Shown piece after piece: positions 42,031 to 54,803 of a stretch of DNA of 64,000 nt (position 1 is its first letter; every line of letters begins with the position of its first letter). The notes below the pieces were generated by a model. It searched no databases. It was not told the origin of the DNA and worked only from the letters and a program-made list of their open reading frames with translations. Position numbers and translations under genes: made by a program. Source of the DNA: Octopus vulgaris (taxonomy: Eukaryota); contig OX597814.1 in assembly GCA_951406725.2 (NCBI GenBank), positions 118,916,001 through 118,980,000 of the forward strand, given 5' to 3'.

Positions 42031-42505
42031 TGATTTATTTTTTAAAAATTATAAATAAATCGTAATTAAAACTCGACCTCATTTTCACATGTAAACCAAT
42101 GCAATGAGTGAAATTGTGAAAATTATGGGCGGTGAGGAATCTTGAAATCTAGACGTTATAATAAGGCATATTCCATTTTTGTATACAGCATATTTAAAAG
42201 CATGTTAGGAACAGGTAAAAACAACGAAATGCCAATTGGATTGTACTATTTCTAGGATTAAGAAATTCAGGTGAGAAACTGAGCGACTGTTCAGACCCTG
42301 CATTCACTGCTTGTTTTACGAACATACAGGCTTGCAGTTAGTTTTATTTGTTGATTTCTATATTTTTACTGATGACACTATGTATTTTCGAGCTTTTGCT
42401 GGCGATACATATATGCAAGTAACCGTAAAAATACGACCAAGTTTAGATGTGGTGATTTACATTAATGAAATGTCATATTCCGTTAGGAGAACTATTTAAT
42501 TACTT

Positions 42506-42739
<234 letters not shown>

Positions 42740-43720
42740 ATGGTTCTCTGTGATCTGAGATTTCACCAGCCAAAATGCAAAACAAATGTCATCCCTCCTG
42801 TTCATCCATTTGACACTATGGATTTCCACAACGCAAACTGGGAAGCGATCAGTAATGATCTTGCACAAGTCGATTGGTCCTTCACGCACACATACACACC
42901 CACCAACATCAAAAACATCAAAAAGTCCTGGCAGTCATTTGTAGACACCATTACGAACATATGTGCAAAACACACCCCATTAAGATCTGCAAACATATCT
43001 AAGTGCAGAATCCCTAGAAATAGAAAAACTCTCATCAGGAAAATTAAAAGAATTAACAAAAAAATCAACAAGCTGAAATACTGTCAACAGCAACACACCA
43101 GCCTGACTGCCACCTCGTCGCTAGAGATTAAAAAACATAAACTCCAAAACAACATGATGTCTATCATCAATAGTCAGCGAAGAGCTGAAGAGGCCTGGGC
43201 TATTGAGAAGATCAAACTCAATCCCAAAGTGTTCTTTTCATTTGCAAAAAAACACAGAGTCACTGGTTCTACTGTTGTCCCACTGATTGATGAAAATGGT
43301 ACTCTTCAAGACAATGCCAAAACCATGGCAGAGATATTGCAGAAACAATACTGTTTTCATCAATCCTGATATGACTGATCTGGGCTGTATCAGTGATGTT
43401 ACTCCCCAATACACTTTATCGGACATAACCTTTGGCGCTCCTGATGTCTTAGCAGCAATAAAGGAAATGAAGCATAATTCAGCGGTAGGTCCCGATAGGT
43501 TCCCTGCTTGTGTCTTGAAGATGTGTCAACACCAACTTGCACTCCCTCTAGCCAATCTGTGGCGGAACTCACTGGATACTGGATATATACCAGAAGACCT
43601 TCTATCCCAGTCTGTTGTCCCTGTTTTCAAAAAGGAAACAAATCCCTTGCCGTGAATTACCGTACAATCTCACTCACTTCTCATATCATTAGGGTATTTG
43701 AGAGAGTGCTGAGATCGCGT
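42740..43720 (+). pseudogene. CR1/L2-group LINE ORF2 fragment (endonuclease-RT linker and RT start), frameshifted
   Basis: DFHNANWEAI, KLNPKVFFSFAK, SAVGPDRFPACVLK, VVPVFKK, NYRTISLTSHIIRVFERVL. Confidence 0.9.
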
Positions 43721-43733
43721 GACCGACCAGGCC

Positions 43734-43923
43734 AACAGAAGAAAGAGTGAGAGAAAGTTGCGGCGAAAGAGTACAGCAGGGATCGCCGCCATCCCCTGCC
43801 GGGCCTCGTGGTGCTATAGGTGTTTTCGCTCAATAAACACTCACAACGACCAGTGTGGGAATCGAAACAGCGATGCTACGACCGCGAGTCCGCTGCCCTA
43901 ATCACTCGGCCATTGCGCCTCCA
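43734..43923 (-). mobile_element. SINE family C, 5' half
   Basis: TGGAGGCGCAATGGCCGAGTGATTAGGGCAGCGGACTCGCGG head, colinear with 22873-23248. Confidence 0.85.
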
Positions 43924-43963
<40 letters not shown>

Positions 43964-44139
43964 TGTGTGTATTATATACATACATATATATATATATAGA
44001 TAGATAGATAAAGTATATATAATATATAGGTATATGTAATATGTATGTATGTGTGCGTGTGCGTGTGTGTATGTTGAATAAAATGAGACCACAAAGCCAA
44101 GACTGTGAAATTTCTAGGACATTTATAAAGAGAAAGGTA

Positions 44140-44187
44140 GTCTTACATCTGTTTCAGGGATATAAAGCACATCTCATCATCAAAGAC
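44140..44187 (-). ncRNA. Degenerate minimal hammerhead-like motif, same family as 28176
   Basis: GTCT-TTGATGA-T-GAGAT..ATCCCT-GAAA-CAGATG-TA-AGAC. Confidence 0.45.
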
Positions 44188-44861
44188 GATATAAGAGAGT
44201 TAAATAGAAGGAAATAGTAGAGTTCAATATAAGAAGTTATTTAGGAATGGGAAAGATATAAGAAGAATAAAGAGAAATATGAGAATAAAAATAAAAAATA
44301 TGGTGGAAGTTACAGTTGGAGTTCCATTATCCAAGGAATGTGCTGTGTATATGTAAATTCCGATAGGAGTTCATATTTTGTTATTGTAAATAGATAGTGT
44401 GTAGATATTAATTCCATGCGCTGTTCATTCAAAGGGATCTAGTAGTGTAAATGAAATTTTGAGAATATTAACTCCTATCGGAATTTACATACCATGGACA
44501 AGAAAACTCTTTACCCATTCTGCTCAGCACATCCCGGGGATAACGGAACATCAGCTGTAACATCTAACATCTGTTTTTTTTTTTTTTCCAAAATTTGTTT
44601 TCCACAGTGGAAAAAGTCTCAATGACTGAAACTGGTACTAAAATGTATTTTATAAAATTATTTTAGCATTTTCTACTTTGTCTTCTTTTCCCTATACATA
44701 TTGACTCGTGTGTTCCTTTACAACCTTCTACATATATATGTATGTATATATATATATATATATATATAATTTCAACAATTGAGGGTAAAATTAATTAATT
44801 ATTAATCAATTTCACCAAGTGTTCAGTATGCAAAGGGACCATTTAAGGCGAATTCAAATTA

Positions 44862-45164
44862 TTACAATATATAAAAGGGCTTAGTAAAATAAATTACTTT
44901 GCCGCATACTGAACTCATTAGAAATAGCAGCTAAAAAACTTTTTTAAAAAACCATTTCTAATACTTAAAGAAAATCTCTCTCATATAGTGCTTGCTTAAC
45001 TCAACTCACAGCTCTGGTACCGTGAGTTGAGTTAAGCAAGCATATTGAGAGAGATTTTCTTTAAGTATTAGAAATGGTTTTTAAAAAGTTTTTTAGCTGC
45101 TATTTCTAATGAGTTCATTATGCGGCAAAGTAATTTATTTTACTAAGCCCTTTATATATTGTAA
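44862..45164. repeat. ~300-bp near-perfect foldback palindrome (arms ~145 bp, 12-nt loop)
   Basis: 44862-45009 is the reverse complement of 45022-45164 with few differences. Confidence 0.95.
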
Positions 45165-45191
45165 AAATATATATATATATATATATATATA

Positions 45192-45381
45192 ACGGGAAGC
45201 TTTATGAAAATAAACAAAAGACGAAGGCAGGTGGAATACAAACAATCAATTGTATTAGTATGGCGCTCAGGAATATAAATAAACCAAGTCTTTTACAAGT
45301 CTTTTACATTTCGAGCCTACGCTCTTCAACAGAAAGATACACAGAAAAGAAACACGGAGGGAAACAAGGGGAGAAAAAAAA
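45192..45381 (-). mobile_element. Penelope-like short repeat (9352 family)
   Basis: High similarity to 9352-9545; flanked by (TA)n. Confidence 0.7.
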
Positions 45382-45479
45382 TATATATATATATATTTAT
45401 ATATATGTATATATAAATTTTATGACGCATAACACTGGTTATAAATATTAATATAATGGCACCACACAGATGTAATTTT

Positions 45480-46043
45480 AATGTAACATTTAATGTAAAA
45501 TTCATTTATCACAAAATATGGCTGCCCGTTTGGACAATTACTACCTTTGTGCACCTCTCGGCTCTGATTGCTTTGGCCTTAGCTGCTAGGAGGTGACAGC
45601 GTCGTCGAACATAACTAGTTATGCCAAGGTTCTTGTTCCTACTCACAGCTCTGGTACCGTGGAAAGGGACGCATTGCATTTCTTTGCTAGAGTTGTCATG
45701 GATACGGATAGGTTGACTTCGATCGAGCGTTTGAGGCCAGCAAGAAACTTTAGATTGCGCTTGGAATCACTTCGAGTCTTGGGTATTTTTTTATCAATCT
45801 TTCCCTCGTCTTTAAAATGTTTATACACACGGTTAACTCTTGCTTTTGGAATTTTAGTGGCAGTGTCTTGGCGTGCGCCAAAGCAACAATATGGAACGAT
45901 TCTGTTGTTCCATGACCTTTTGTTGTCGAATTATTTCATTATTTACTTGAAAAATAAATAGGAAGATTAGGTTTTCAAGAAAGGTTTTGTCAAAAAATGT
46001 AATGTTAAACACACAAAGTCAACTGCTTATCTGCAAGACATTG
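45480..46043 (-). mobile_element. Tc1/mariner-superfamily 5' fragment (N-terminal DNA-binding region)
   Basis: RVYKHFKDEGKIDKK..RSDSKR..LKRSIE..SMTTLAKKCNASLSTV..LGITSYVRRRCHLL; TA|CAATGT TIR-like end at 46043. Confidence 0.65.
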
Positions 46044-46079
46044 TATGAATGTATGTATGTATGTAGTTATCTATCTCCT

Positions 46080-46137
<58 letters not shown>

Positions 46138-46185
46138 TGTGTGTGTGTGTGTGTGTGTGTATGTATATATATATAGATATAGATC

Positions 46186-46373
46186 GCTAGTCACTACACA
46201 CATTTTTCTCCCCTTGTTTCTCTCCTTGTTTCTTTCCGTGTTCCTTTCTGTGGAACAGCGTATGCTCAAAACATTAAGCACTCTTTCATTTCCCGAGCGT
46301 TATACTAATACATCTGTTTGTTTTCTACACGACCTGTGTCTTCGTCTTTTGTTGTTTTGTGAATTCTCCTGCC

Positions 46374-46378
<5 letters not shown>
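46186..46378 (+). mobile_element. Penelope-like short repeat (9352 family), inverted relative to 45192
   Basis: TTTTTCTCCCCTTGTTTCTCTCCTTGTTTC...GAGCG.TATACTAATACA...GTCTTTTGTT. Confidence 0.7.
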
Positions 46379-46453
<75 letters not shown>

Positions 46454-47628
46454 TCAGTTACGTATTTGCATTTGTTGATATGAACGTACATTTTACCTAG
46501 CTTACTTTAAACGTGTGTGTGCATGTATGTTTGTAAGCTTGTATGTATTTATGTATACGTAGGTATGTATGGAAATACATATATGCCTTTATACATATGT
46601 GTGACAGTGTAGGCGTCATCGTGATAAAGTTTCAAAGAGCATGTGTGTTAGAGTGTCTGAATTTGTGAGAGAGAATATATATGTATCTGTGTATATTGAG
46701 AAAGAGAGGGAGAAAGAGATTGTAAAAGTTAACTTAATCTCAGACGCAGCGAAAAAAAATTCTTATTCAGATAATATGGTAAACTATTGACATTCAGGAT
46801 CTACTACAACAGATTTTCGATCCGTATTGTCTTTAAATAGTTATTCTTCATAACTTTTGGACGTTATTATATGATACGATATAAAATTTACACAGACGTA
46901 TAAAAAAATATTCTATCTTACATATAACAAACATTTACAGAAAGTTCATTCTTGCTTTCGAATATAGTGCAAATTATTCATCCTTCTCTATCTCTTTCAC
47001 CATTCTTTATAACATGTCTCAATAAACAATTTTGACAGTGAGAGATCATGCATTATTGCAACGTAAATCGTGTTTTTGTAGTAAAATAGGTTTATTGTTT
47101 TTCGTTTTTATTCCTTTAGGCATAACTGTTATTATAACTTTTCTAATATATTCTCTTATCTATTTGTAATATTTTCCAAACAGTAAGGGCGGAGTTATAA
47201 TGAACCACACATCAATACTGAGGCAATGAATCATCATTAGCTATTCCTTATTACAATACCTATTTTTTCCCCTTAGATGTAAATAAGTAATTTTATTTAG
47301 TTCTATTCTGCACGTGTATGAAAATACAAATGTATAGACATATACATACCTATAATACAGATTTGCATGCATATGTAAATATATATAATGCATGTATATA
47401 TCGTAGGTACCTACATATGCAAACATGCGTGTATATACACGCAATTGTACATAAATATATATGTTCGCGCGCATGTGTGTGTATGCACCTTTGTATCTAC
47501 GTATACATGTATGCATATACATATATATGTATGCATGTATAGTACATGCATATATATATATATATATATACATGCATACATACATACATATATATATATT
47601 TATGTATATATGTATGTATATATGTATG

Positions 47629-47677
<49 letters not shown>

Positions 47678-48249
47678 GCATATATATATATATATACATA
47701 CATATATATATATGGTTTTGTGAAATATTCTAAAGAATATTCCATATTTTGATATATGCTTGTTTTCGGAAAAGAGTGATGCATTAGCAAGGTGTAAAAA
47801 TGTATTGTTATATGCGCCAAATAAATGTGATAAATGATTTACTAAAGACGTAATATCTTAATATTTAACGCCCAGCATTCAGGAACATATATGATATTTA
47901 AAAATGAAACAGAAGTTTTTCATTATACGTATCTCTTCGAAAATCTCTGTGCAAAATCTGGAAATAAGAATTTTTCTTGCAGTCATTAAATAATGTACAG
48001 AGACGGACGAGAGCCATGGCTGGGCCACCACCGTCAAGGGTTTCGTCGAAGAAATCCATCAAAACCCCGCTAGAACTTACTAACTAGAGGCACAGTAGAA
48101 AACTGGTTCTCTAGACATGGTGTAAGGAAGAGAAACACAATGACCCTCACCTGCCTATACACACACACACACAAACACAAACACACACACATACGCACAC
48201 ACATACACACACACAAAAACAAACAAACACACGCATAGACATATTGATA

Positions 48250-49515
48250 CGAGGGGCGTTCAATAAGTAATGCCCCTGACCCACTTACAATACCAGTAGA
48301 GCAACGAAACTTGGAACAGTTATTAGTCTTTTTCTACATAGGAAGCACCCAGAGTTACGCATTTCTCCCATCGTTTGATGCAGCTCTGAAGACCGTTTTT
48401 GTAGAAGAACCCAGCTTGGTTCTCCAACCACGACGTGACTTCAGAAATCAAGGCTGCATCATCTGGGAAACGCTTTCCTTTCAAAAACAACTTCATGGCT
48501 GGGAAGAGGTGAAAATAAGAGGGTGCAAGGTCAGGAGATGGGGGATGAGTTCATAGCCGCACGCCTGTGCTTCTGATCTGGCGACACGCGAGTTGTGGAT
48601 CGGAGCGTTGTCCTGCAGGAGGAGGATTCCTTTGCTGATCTTGCCCCGCCTCTTGATTTTGATAACTTCTCTTAATTTCCTCAAAAGTGAAGCATAATAG
48701 ACTCCTGTAATTGTGGCTCCCTTTGCCAAGAAATCTGTCATCGCTACTTCGTCCTGGTCCCAGAAGACTGAGCATGACCTTGCCAGCGGAGGGCTGCACC
48801 CTTGCCTTCTTTGGAGGAGGTGAGTCACGGTGCTTCCACTGCATTGACTGGGCTTTGGTATCTGGATCATAGTGATGGACCCAGGTTTCATCCTGTGTAA
48901 TCAGTCTTTTGAAAAATTTTGACTCATCTTCTTGGCACATCTTCAAATTCATCCTCGCGCAATTTACGCGTTCTTGCTTCTGGAAAGGTGTGAGCAACCT
49001 GGGAATCCATCTGGCAGACACCTTTTGCATATGCAAATGGTCATGAATGATAGTTTCCACAGACCCGGTACTAATCTTGACCTCATGGGCTATTTGGCGA
49101 ATAGTTATGTGTCGATCTTCCAAAATGGCAGCCTCAACTTGACGGACAGATGCCTCATCAATGGCAGAAGGGGCGACCAGATCTGGGAGCTGTTTCCACA
49201 AAGTTCCGACCATGTTTGAATTCACGATGCCAGCGTTTTACAAGGTCATATGATGGGGCATCATCACCATAAGTTACTTTTATTTCATCAAAATCTCCCG
49301 TGGTGTGCGTCCTTTCAAATACAAAAACCGCATCACTGCTCGACACTCAACAGGCTCCGTTTCACACTTGACTCAGTTTAAACACCTGTAAATCAGAAAC
49401 CACAATTAGTTCAGAGCTGTAATTTGCCATTTAATCTATAGAGATAGAGGTAATTGCACATGCAAATCAAACAACTGCAAGTGAGTCAGGGGCAGTACTT
49501 ATTGAACGCCCCTCG
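48250..49515 (-). mobile_element. Full-length mariner transposon (irritans-like), inactive transposase
   Basis: 31-bp TIRs CGAGGGGCGTTCAATAAGTA(A/C)TGCCCCTGAC with 1 mismatch, TA on both sides; WIPRLL, DETWV, LLQDNAPIH, SPDLAPS motifs across frameshifts. Confidence 0.95.
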
Positions 49516-49608
49516 TAGGTAAATAGACAGACAAACAAATATGTAGAGAGATAGAGAGATAGTTAGACAGAAAGAAAAACAGACAGACAGACAGACAGAC
49601 AGATAGAC

Positions 49609-49722
<114 letters not shown>

Positions 49723-49859
49723 ATATTATATATATATATAATATATTAAAAAATCGTTGGTGATTTTTCCTCCCCCTTCCATTCCTTGGATCTTTCCTTT
49801 TATTCTTTGTAAAAGAGTGCGGAGATGGTAGATGTGGGATCTTCAGTAAACCCACCTAC

Positions 49860-50198
49860 AAATACTTAGAGGGAGACAAAGAAAGGAAATTTAAACGTGG
49901 TCACATATTCAAAGTAAATGCAGATATGAACCTAATATACTGCATAACCTGCCCCACATGGAAGGAGGATTATATAGGTGAAACTGGAAATTCTTTATGC
50001 CAACGAGTCAGAATTCACCGACAACATGTTCGACAGGAGGAACTGTGCAAGATGCCACCGAGTAAACACCTAGATAGATGTGGAGAAGGAAATTTTAAGA
50101 TCTTTCCCTTCTACAAATGTCCAAAGAATGACACCTCCTTCAGGAGGAATATGAGAAAATACTTCATAACTAAGTTCTCACCCAAATTGAATGGCTGA
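49860..50198 (+). pseudogene. Penelope-like element GIY-YIG endonuclease C-terminus
   Basis: NLIYCITCPTWKEDYIGETGNSLCQRVRIHRQH..SKHLDRC..FKIFPFYK. Confidence 0.85.
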
Positions 50199-50257
50199 AA
50201 ATATTTCTATCATAAGTTGTACTAGATGAAGGATCAAATATGTAAAGTAAATTTATT

Positions 50258-50292
<35 letters not shown>

Positions 50293-51262
50293 GTTCTACA
50301 CATGTACATATACATAAATAAAAACAATCTCTAATCCAGGCTCTCCAACTCATGTAAGCACAGGAATCAAACATTGGATTGAAAGTACAGAATAGTGGTA
50401 TAAATATCAACATAATTATTTCTTCTTTTAACACTCCATTCAGGTATGCAAACACCCACGCACATACATACATGCACACTCTCTCACAAGACAATGATAA
50501 AAGTGACGTTTTGGCCCCCAGCTGGTTTGACCATTGCTAAAAGCCAATGACTGGTTATTTTTAACAACTTGACGATTCCTACTTAACACTCTTTTCAGAT
50601 ACAAAAACACAAACAGACACACGTACACACATACGCGCGCACATAAACACACGCGCACCCACTCTCTCACAAGACAATGATAAAAATGGAAATACAAACA
50701 GCTGGATTTACAATCACTGTAAGCCAAGAATTATTTTTGACAAACAACTGCAAGGATATCAACAAAATTTCTCCTCTTCTTCCTCCTTTCTTTCTTTTTC
50801 TTTAATACCCCTTTCAGTCACAAATACACACACACACACATGCTCTCTCTCACTTTCTTCCCATTCATCACCCTCTTGTACCATCTAATATCCCTCCCCA
50901 CCACTACACACTCAATAACACTATGAAAAGGGTCAAATTTTCCCCAAGAACTAAGTTCAGTTTGAAAACTCCACTAGAATGGACGAAAGCGGTAATATAT
51001 GATATATGATGTATGATGTATAATAACATGTAATATACAAATAAATATCTGTAATTATAAAACCATCCGAATTTCTGAGTACCTCATTTCTTCTAATATA
51101 AAATACCTGTACATCATCTCCAGGCATTCTAATATATATATATATAGTTTAGCTGAGTTAGCGGTTATAATAATGTGCAAACAAATTATGTTCATAAGTT
51201 ACAAATGAATTATAAAGCTCTAACAGAAATGGCAAATGCCAAAATTATATATATATATATAT

Positions 51263-51455
51263 AGTTAATCCAAACATGAAAACACAAAGGGAAAACACCA
51301 CAACGCGAGGACGTGGAACAAGTATAGTATTATTGGACGCTCAGGAAAGGAGAGCTTAACGTTCCGAGCGGAGCTCTTCGTCAGAAACATAGGAAAAGGA
51401 AAGATTCAAAGAAGGGAAGACGGAGGAAAAAAATCGCCAACGGTACACACGCAGT
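51263..51455 (-). mobile_element. Penelope-like short repeat with hammerhead-like motif
   Basis: Inverted homolog of 51843-52030; motif at 51354-51388. Confidence 0.65.
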
Positions 51456-51667
51456 TCATGTCCGTAGGTGATTCGTAATTCTAAATATTTGGGTACGGTC
51501 ATATGCTAATAATTGATCATCATTTTCAAATATATGGGGCAGAATCTCATCAGAGCTTAATGAGCTTATGCAAGAAATTATAGTTGTAAGTAAAAATAAA
51601 ACAGAAATAGCATAAAGATAAAGGAAAATAAAGATAAAAGATATGTGAAGAAAAGTATAAATGTATG

Positions 51668-51727
<60 letters not shown>

Positions 51728-51842
51728 CATACATACATACATACATACATATACATACATACATACATACATACATACAACATACATACATACATACATA
51801 CATACATACATACATACATACATACATACATACATGCATGCA

Positions 51843-52030
51843 TGTGAATCGTTGGCGATTTTCTTACTCCGGCTTCCCTTCTATTGGTCTTTCCTCTGAT
51901 TCTGAAGAAGTGCATCTGCTCGAAACGTTAAACCAACCATCTTTCTTTCCTTTCCTGAGCGTCTGCTATTACATTATATGCACCACGGCCTCGCGTGGTT
52001 GTTTTTTGTGCTTGTTCATTTGGTATTTAT
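51843..52030 (+). mobile_element. Penelope-like short repeat with hammerhead-like motif
   Basis: CTGAAGA-A-GTGC-ATCT-GCTC-GAAA-CG-TT-AAAC at 51902-51933. Confidence 0.65.
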
Positions 52031-52037
52031 ATATGTT

Positions 52038-52084
<47 letters not shown>

Positions 52085-53089
52085 ATTATATATATATATA
52101 TAGAGAGAGAGAGAAAGAGAGGGAGAGACGACAGGTTTTCGACAGTTTCCGTCTACCAATTTAACTTATAAGGTATTGGTTAGCCCATGGTTGTATTAGA
52201 ACACAGAATATCTTGGTTGCAAAGCGAGCCTCTTCCACTCAATAGTTGTACAAGAGCAGAACAAAGTTGCATTAACCTCCTCCTGGAATAATCTAATCAT
52301 ATCCGACATCAATCGGCTTGTTTCCCATTCGATGTTATCCATTCATGACTGTTTGCTTGTTTTAGCGGGTTATAATGTATTATAACGAAACCAATCTTTA
52401 TTCACATTTTGATAACTTACTTAGCAATTTTGTGGATTCAATGTTTTTCACACGATTGTCAGTAAAATTTTCGTAAATTTAATCTTCCGTTTATGATATG
52501 CGAAGAAATTTTCTAAATTTCATTTCAAATTTTACTACATTTTTATTAATTTTAGTAATTAATCTCAATGATTCGCAACCATGAAATACAGTATTATTAC
52601 TACGTTCACAGTTTTTTCTTTTTGTGATTGTAATTCTTTTAAAATAAGAGCAACACGAAGAATGTAACTTTTGCTACACACGGAACATCACTTTTTATTT
52701 TACATTGAATATTTATACAGGTGACATGCGAAAATGTATCACTTCCATGAATACAATAGACAATATCAAATAGTGATGAATCATGGAACCATAAATAATT
52801 ACATCTGCCCAGAGAAAAAGTTAGAGGAAAGACAAAATGTCGTGTTACAAGAAAGCATGTATACAAAAAAGCATTTTTACTGGAAAGCATATATACTCAG
52901 GATAAATTAGATTAAAACTCATTCTGAATCAGGAATTTAAAGGTTTTATCTATTGACTTCAGAATGTGGACCTGACTACATATTTATATTAATGTTCGAA
53001 TGACTGATAATGATACGCAATGCCTTTGCTTGCAATCGTAACGTGTATTTCATAACAGTTTAACTATATTCTGTATTTTGCATTCCTTA

Positions 53090-53900
53090 CGTCCGCATCG
53101 TCAGATGTGAGGAGCAAGAATACAGTTTCTAGCAGTGAGCATTCCGATTCCCACTGGTCAGGTCGGGAGATGTGTTACTTTTGAGGGTCATTGAAGCATC
53201 TCTTATTTCATTAGTAGCAAACAGGGTCTGAAGAACGTATTGATGGAGTCAATTTGTCATAATTCTACAGGATATATTTTAGTGTCTTTACAGCTTGTAG
53301 ATACTTAGTATGGAAGGGTCCACAAGATGTTCACTTAGACGTCATTCTGATGGGTGTGACATTTCAGCGACATCAGTTATCACGTGGGGAAATAACCCAT
53401 TCGATGTGTTACATATGCCTTTGCTGAGCAGGACTTAATCTTTAAGATATGTTGGAATTGTATAACCTTCCACTTTACGTAGGCTAACTGGCGTATAAAG
53501 ATATATTTGAGTTATCAGCGACCAATCGCTTGAAGTTATTTAAGAGGGGGTACTTCGTTTAGCGATAAATATATTTTCCCTTTATGGAGATTAGGTTTAA
53601 GTGAAGCGTGTGCAGTTCCCCAATGGAAGCATTGTTAGCAGTAAGAAGAATAAGGAGGGACAATCAGGAATGACCTACGGGATTATAGAAATCAGTTCGC
53701 TGATTCCGGAAATACCACATGAAGTGGGGCAGCGTTCTACAGCTTACAAGATCCCTTCACATCAAGGAGAGTGTGTGCTTTGTGTATCTTCTCTTAAAGA
53801 TATTGGTGGCCATCATACATTTCTAGTGAGTTATGATTCCACTCGACGATATGAGGGTGACTGTGTATTCGGCAGCTTTTGAGAAGCGCTATCTAATCCA
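53090..53900 (-). pseudogene. Very old LINE (RTE-like) ORF remnant
   Basis: Only FATNEIRDASMTLKSNTSPD is recognisable, resembling the pre-RT EIxxAIxxLKNNKSPG motif; extent is a guess. Confidence 0.3.
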
Positions 53901-53991
53901 TATCTAGCAGGTTAAAACTTACGTCTCACACACGCTTAATCGCGCGCGGGCACGCACGCACACACACAGACACACACACACACTCACGCAT

Positions 53992-54025
<34 letters not shown>

Positions 54026-54552
54026 ATATACATTAAGATCAAGTGGAGCGTGAAGCTAGGATATTTTTATGAGCACTCGACCCGAATACTGGGCTATCGG
54101 CACTTCAGGTGTAGAAAATCTAAGTTTCATGATAATTATACCGTAAAATGGTTTTCGCGAAGAGTAGAGAATCAAATGACAAAAAAGAAGACAAGGAAAA
54201 TTCTTTAACACATATTTAATTATTTATAAGTTACAGTTGTATCCGTACCATCTTTATTTGCATCGTCAGTTTACGCAAAAATTCTAAGTGAAAATTCACG
54301 TAATGTTTGCGGTCTTCGACATTAGAGACGCAATTCTCATCCCATATCCACACTCTTAATCTTTTTCTTCTTTTATTTGCTCCCGATATCTTCCAAACAA
54401 CAAGGTCAGAAGGATACACAATGTGACAAGACACATGTGATGCAGGTCTGATGAAGTACATCTTTATTGTCTAAAACAGCAAATATTATCTGAATTTTCA
54501 TTTTAATTTTTTCTTTGTTTTCTTTACGTTGCTTGGTATACACACTCATACA

Positions 54553-54662
<110 letters not shown>

Positions 54663-54803
54663 CGTGTGTATTTTGTGAGGGGAAGGGCGCTTAAATATAT
54701 ATATAAACGTACACAGATACAGGGATACGCTTGCACTTTAATCAATATTATCTAAAAATTGTTTTATATATACACTAATATAGAGCTGATAGAAAATATC
54801 AAC

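Noticed and set aside
42256-42270. Candidate 15-nt micro-exon (TTTCTAG|GATTAAGAAATTCAG|GTGAGA)
   Set aside because: Expected by chance in 64 kb of AT-rich DNA; no independent support
43860-43923. tRNA-like heads as real tRNA genes
   Set aside because: They run into SINE bodies and lack a complete acceptor stem and terminator
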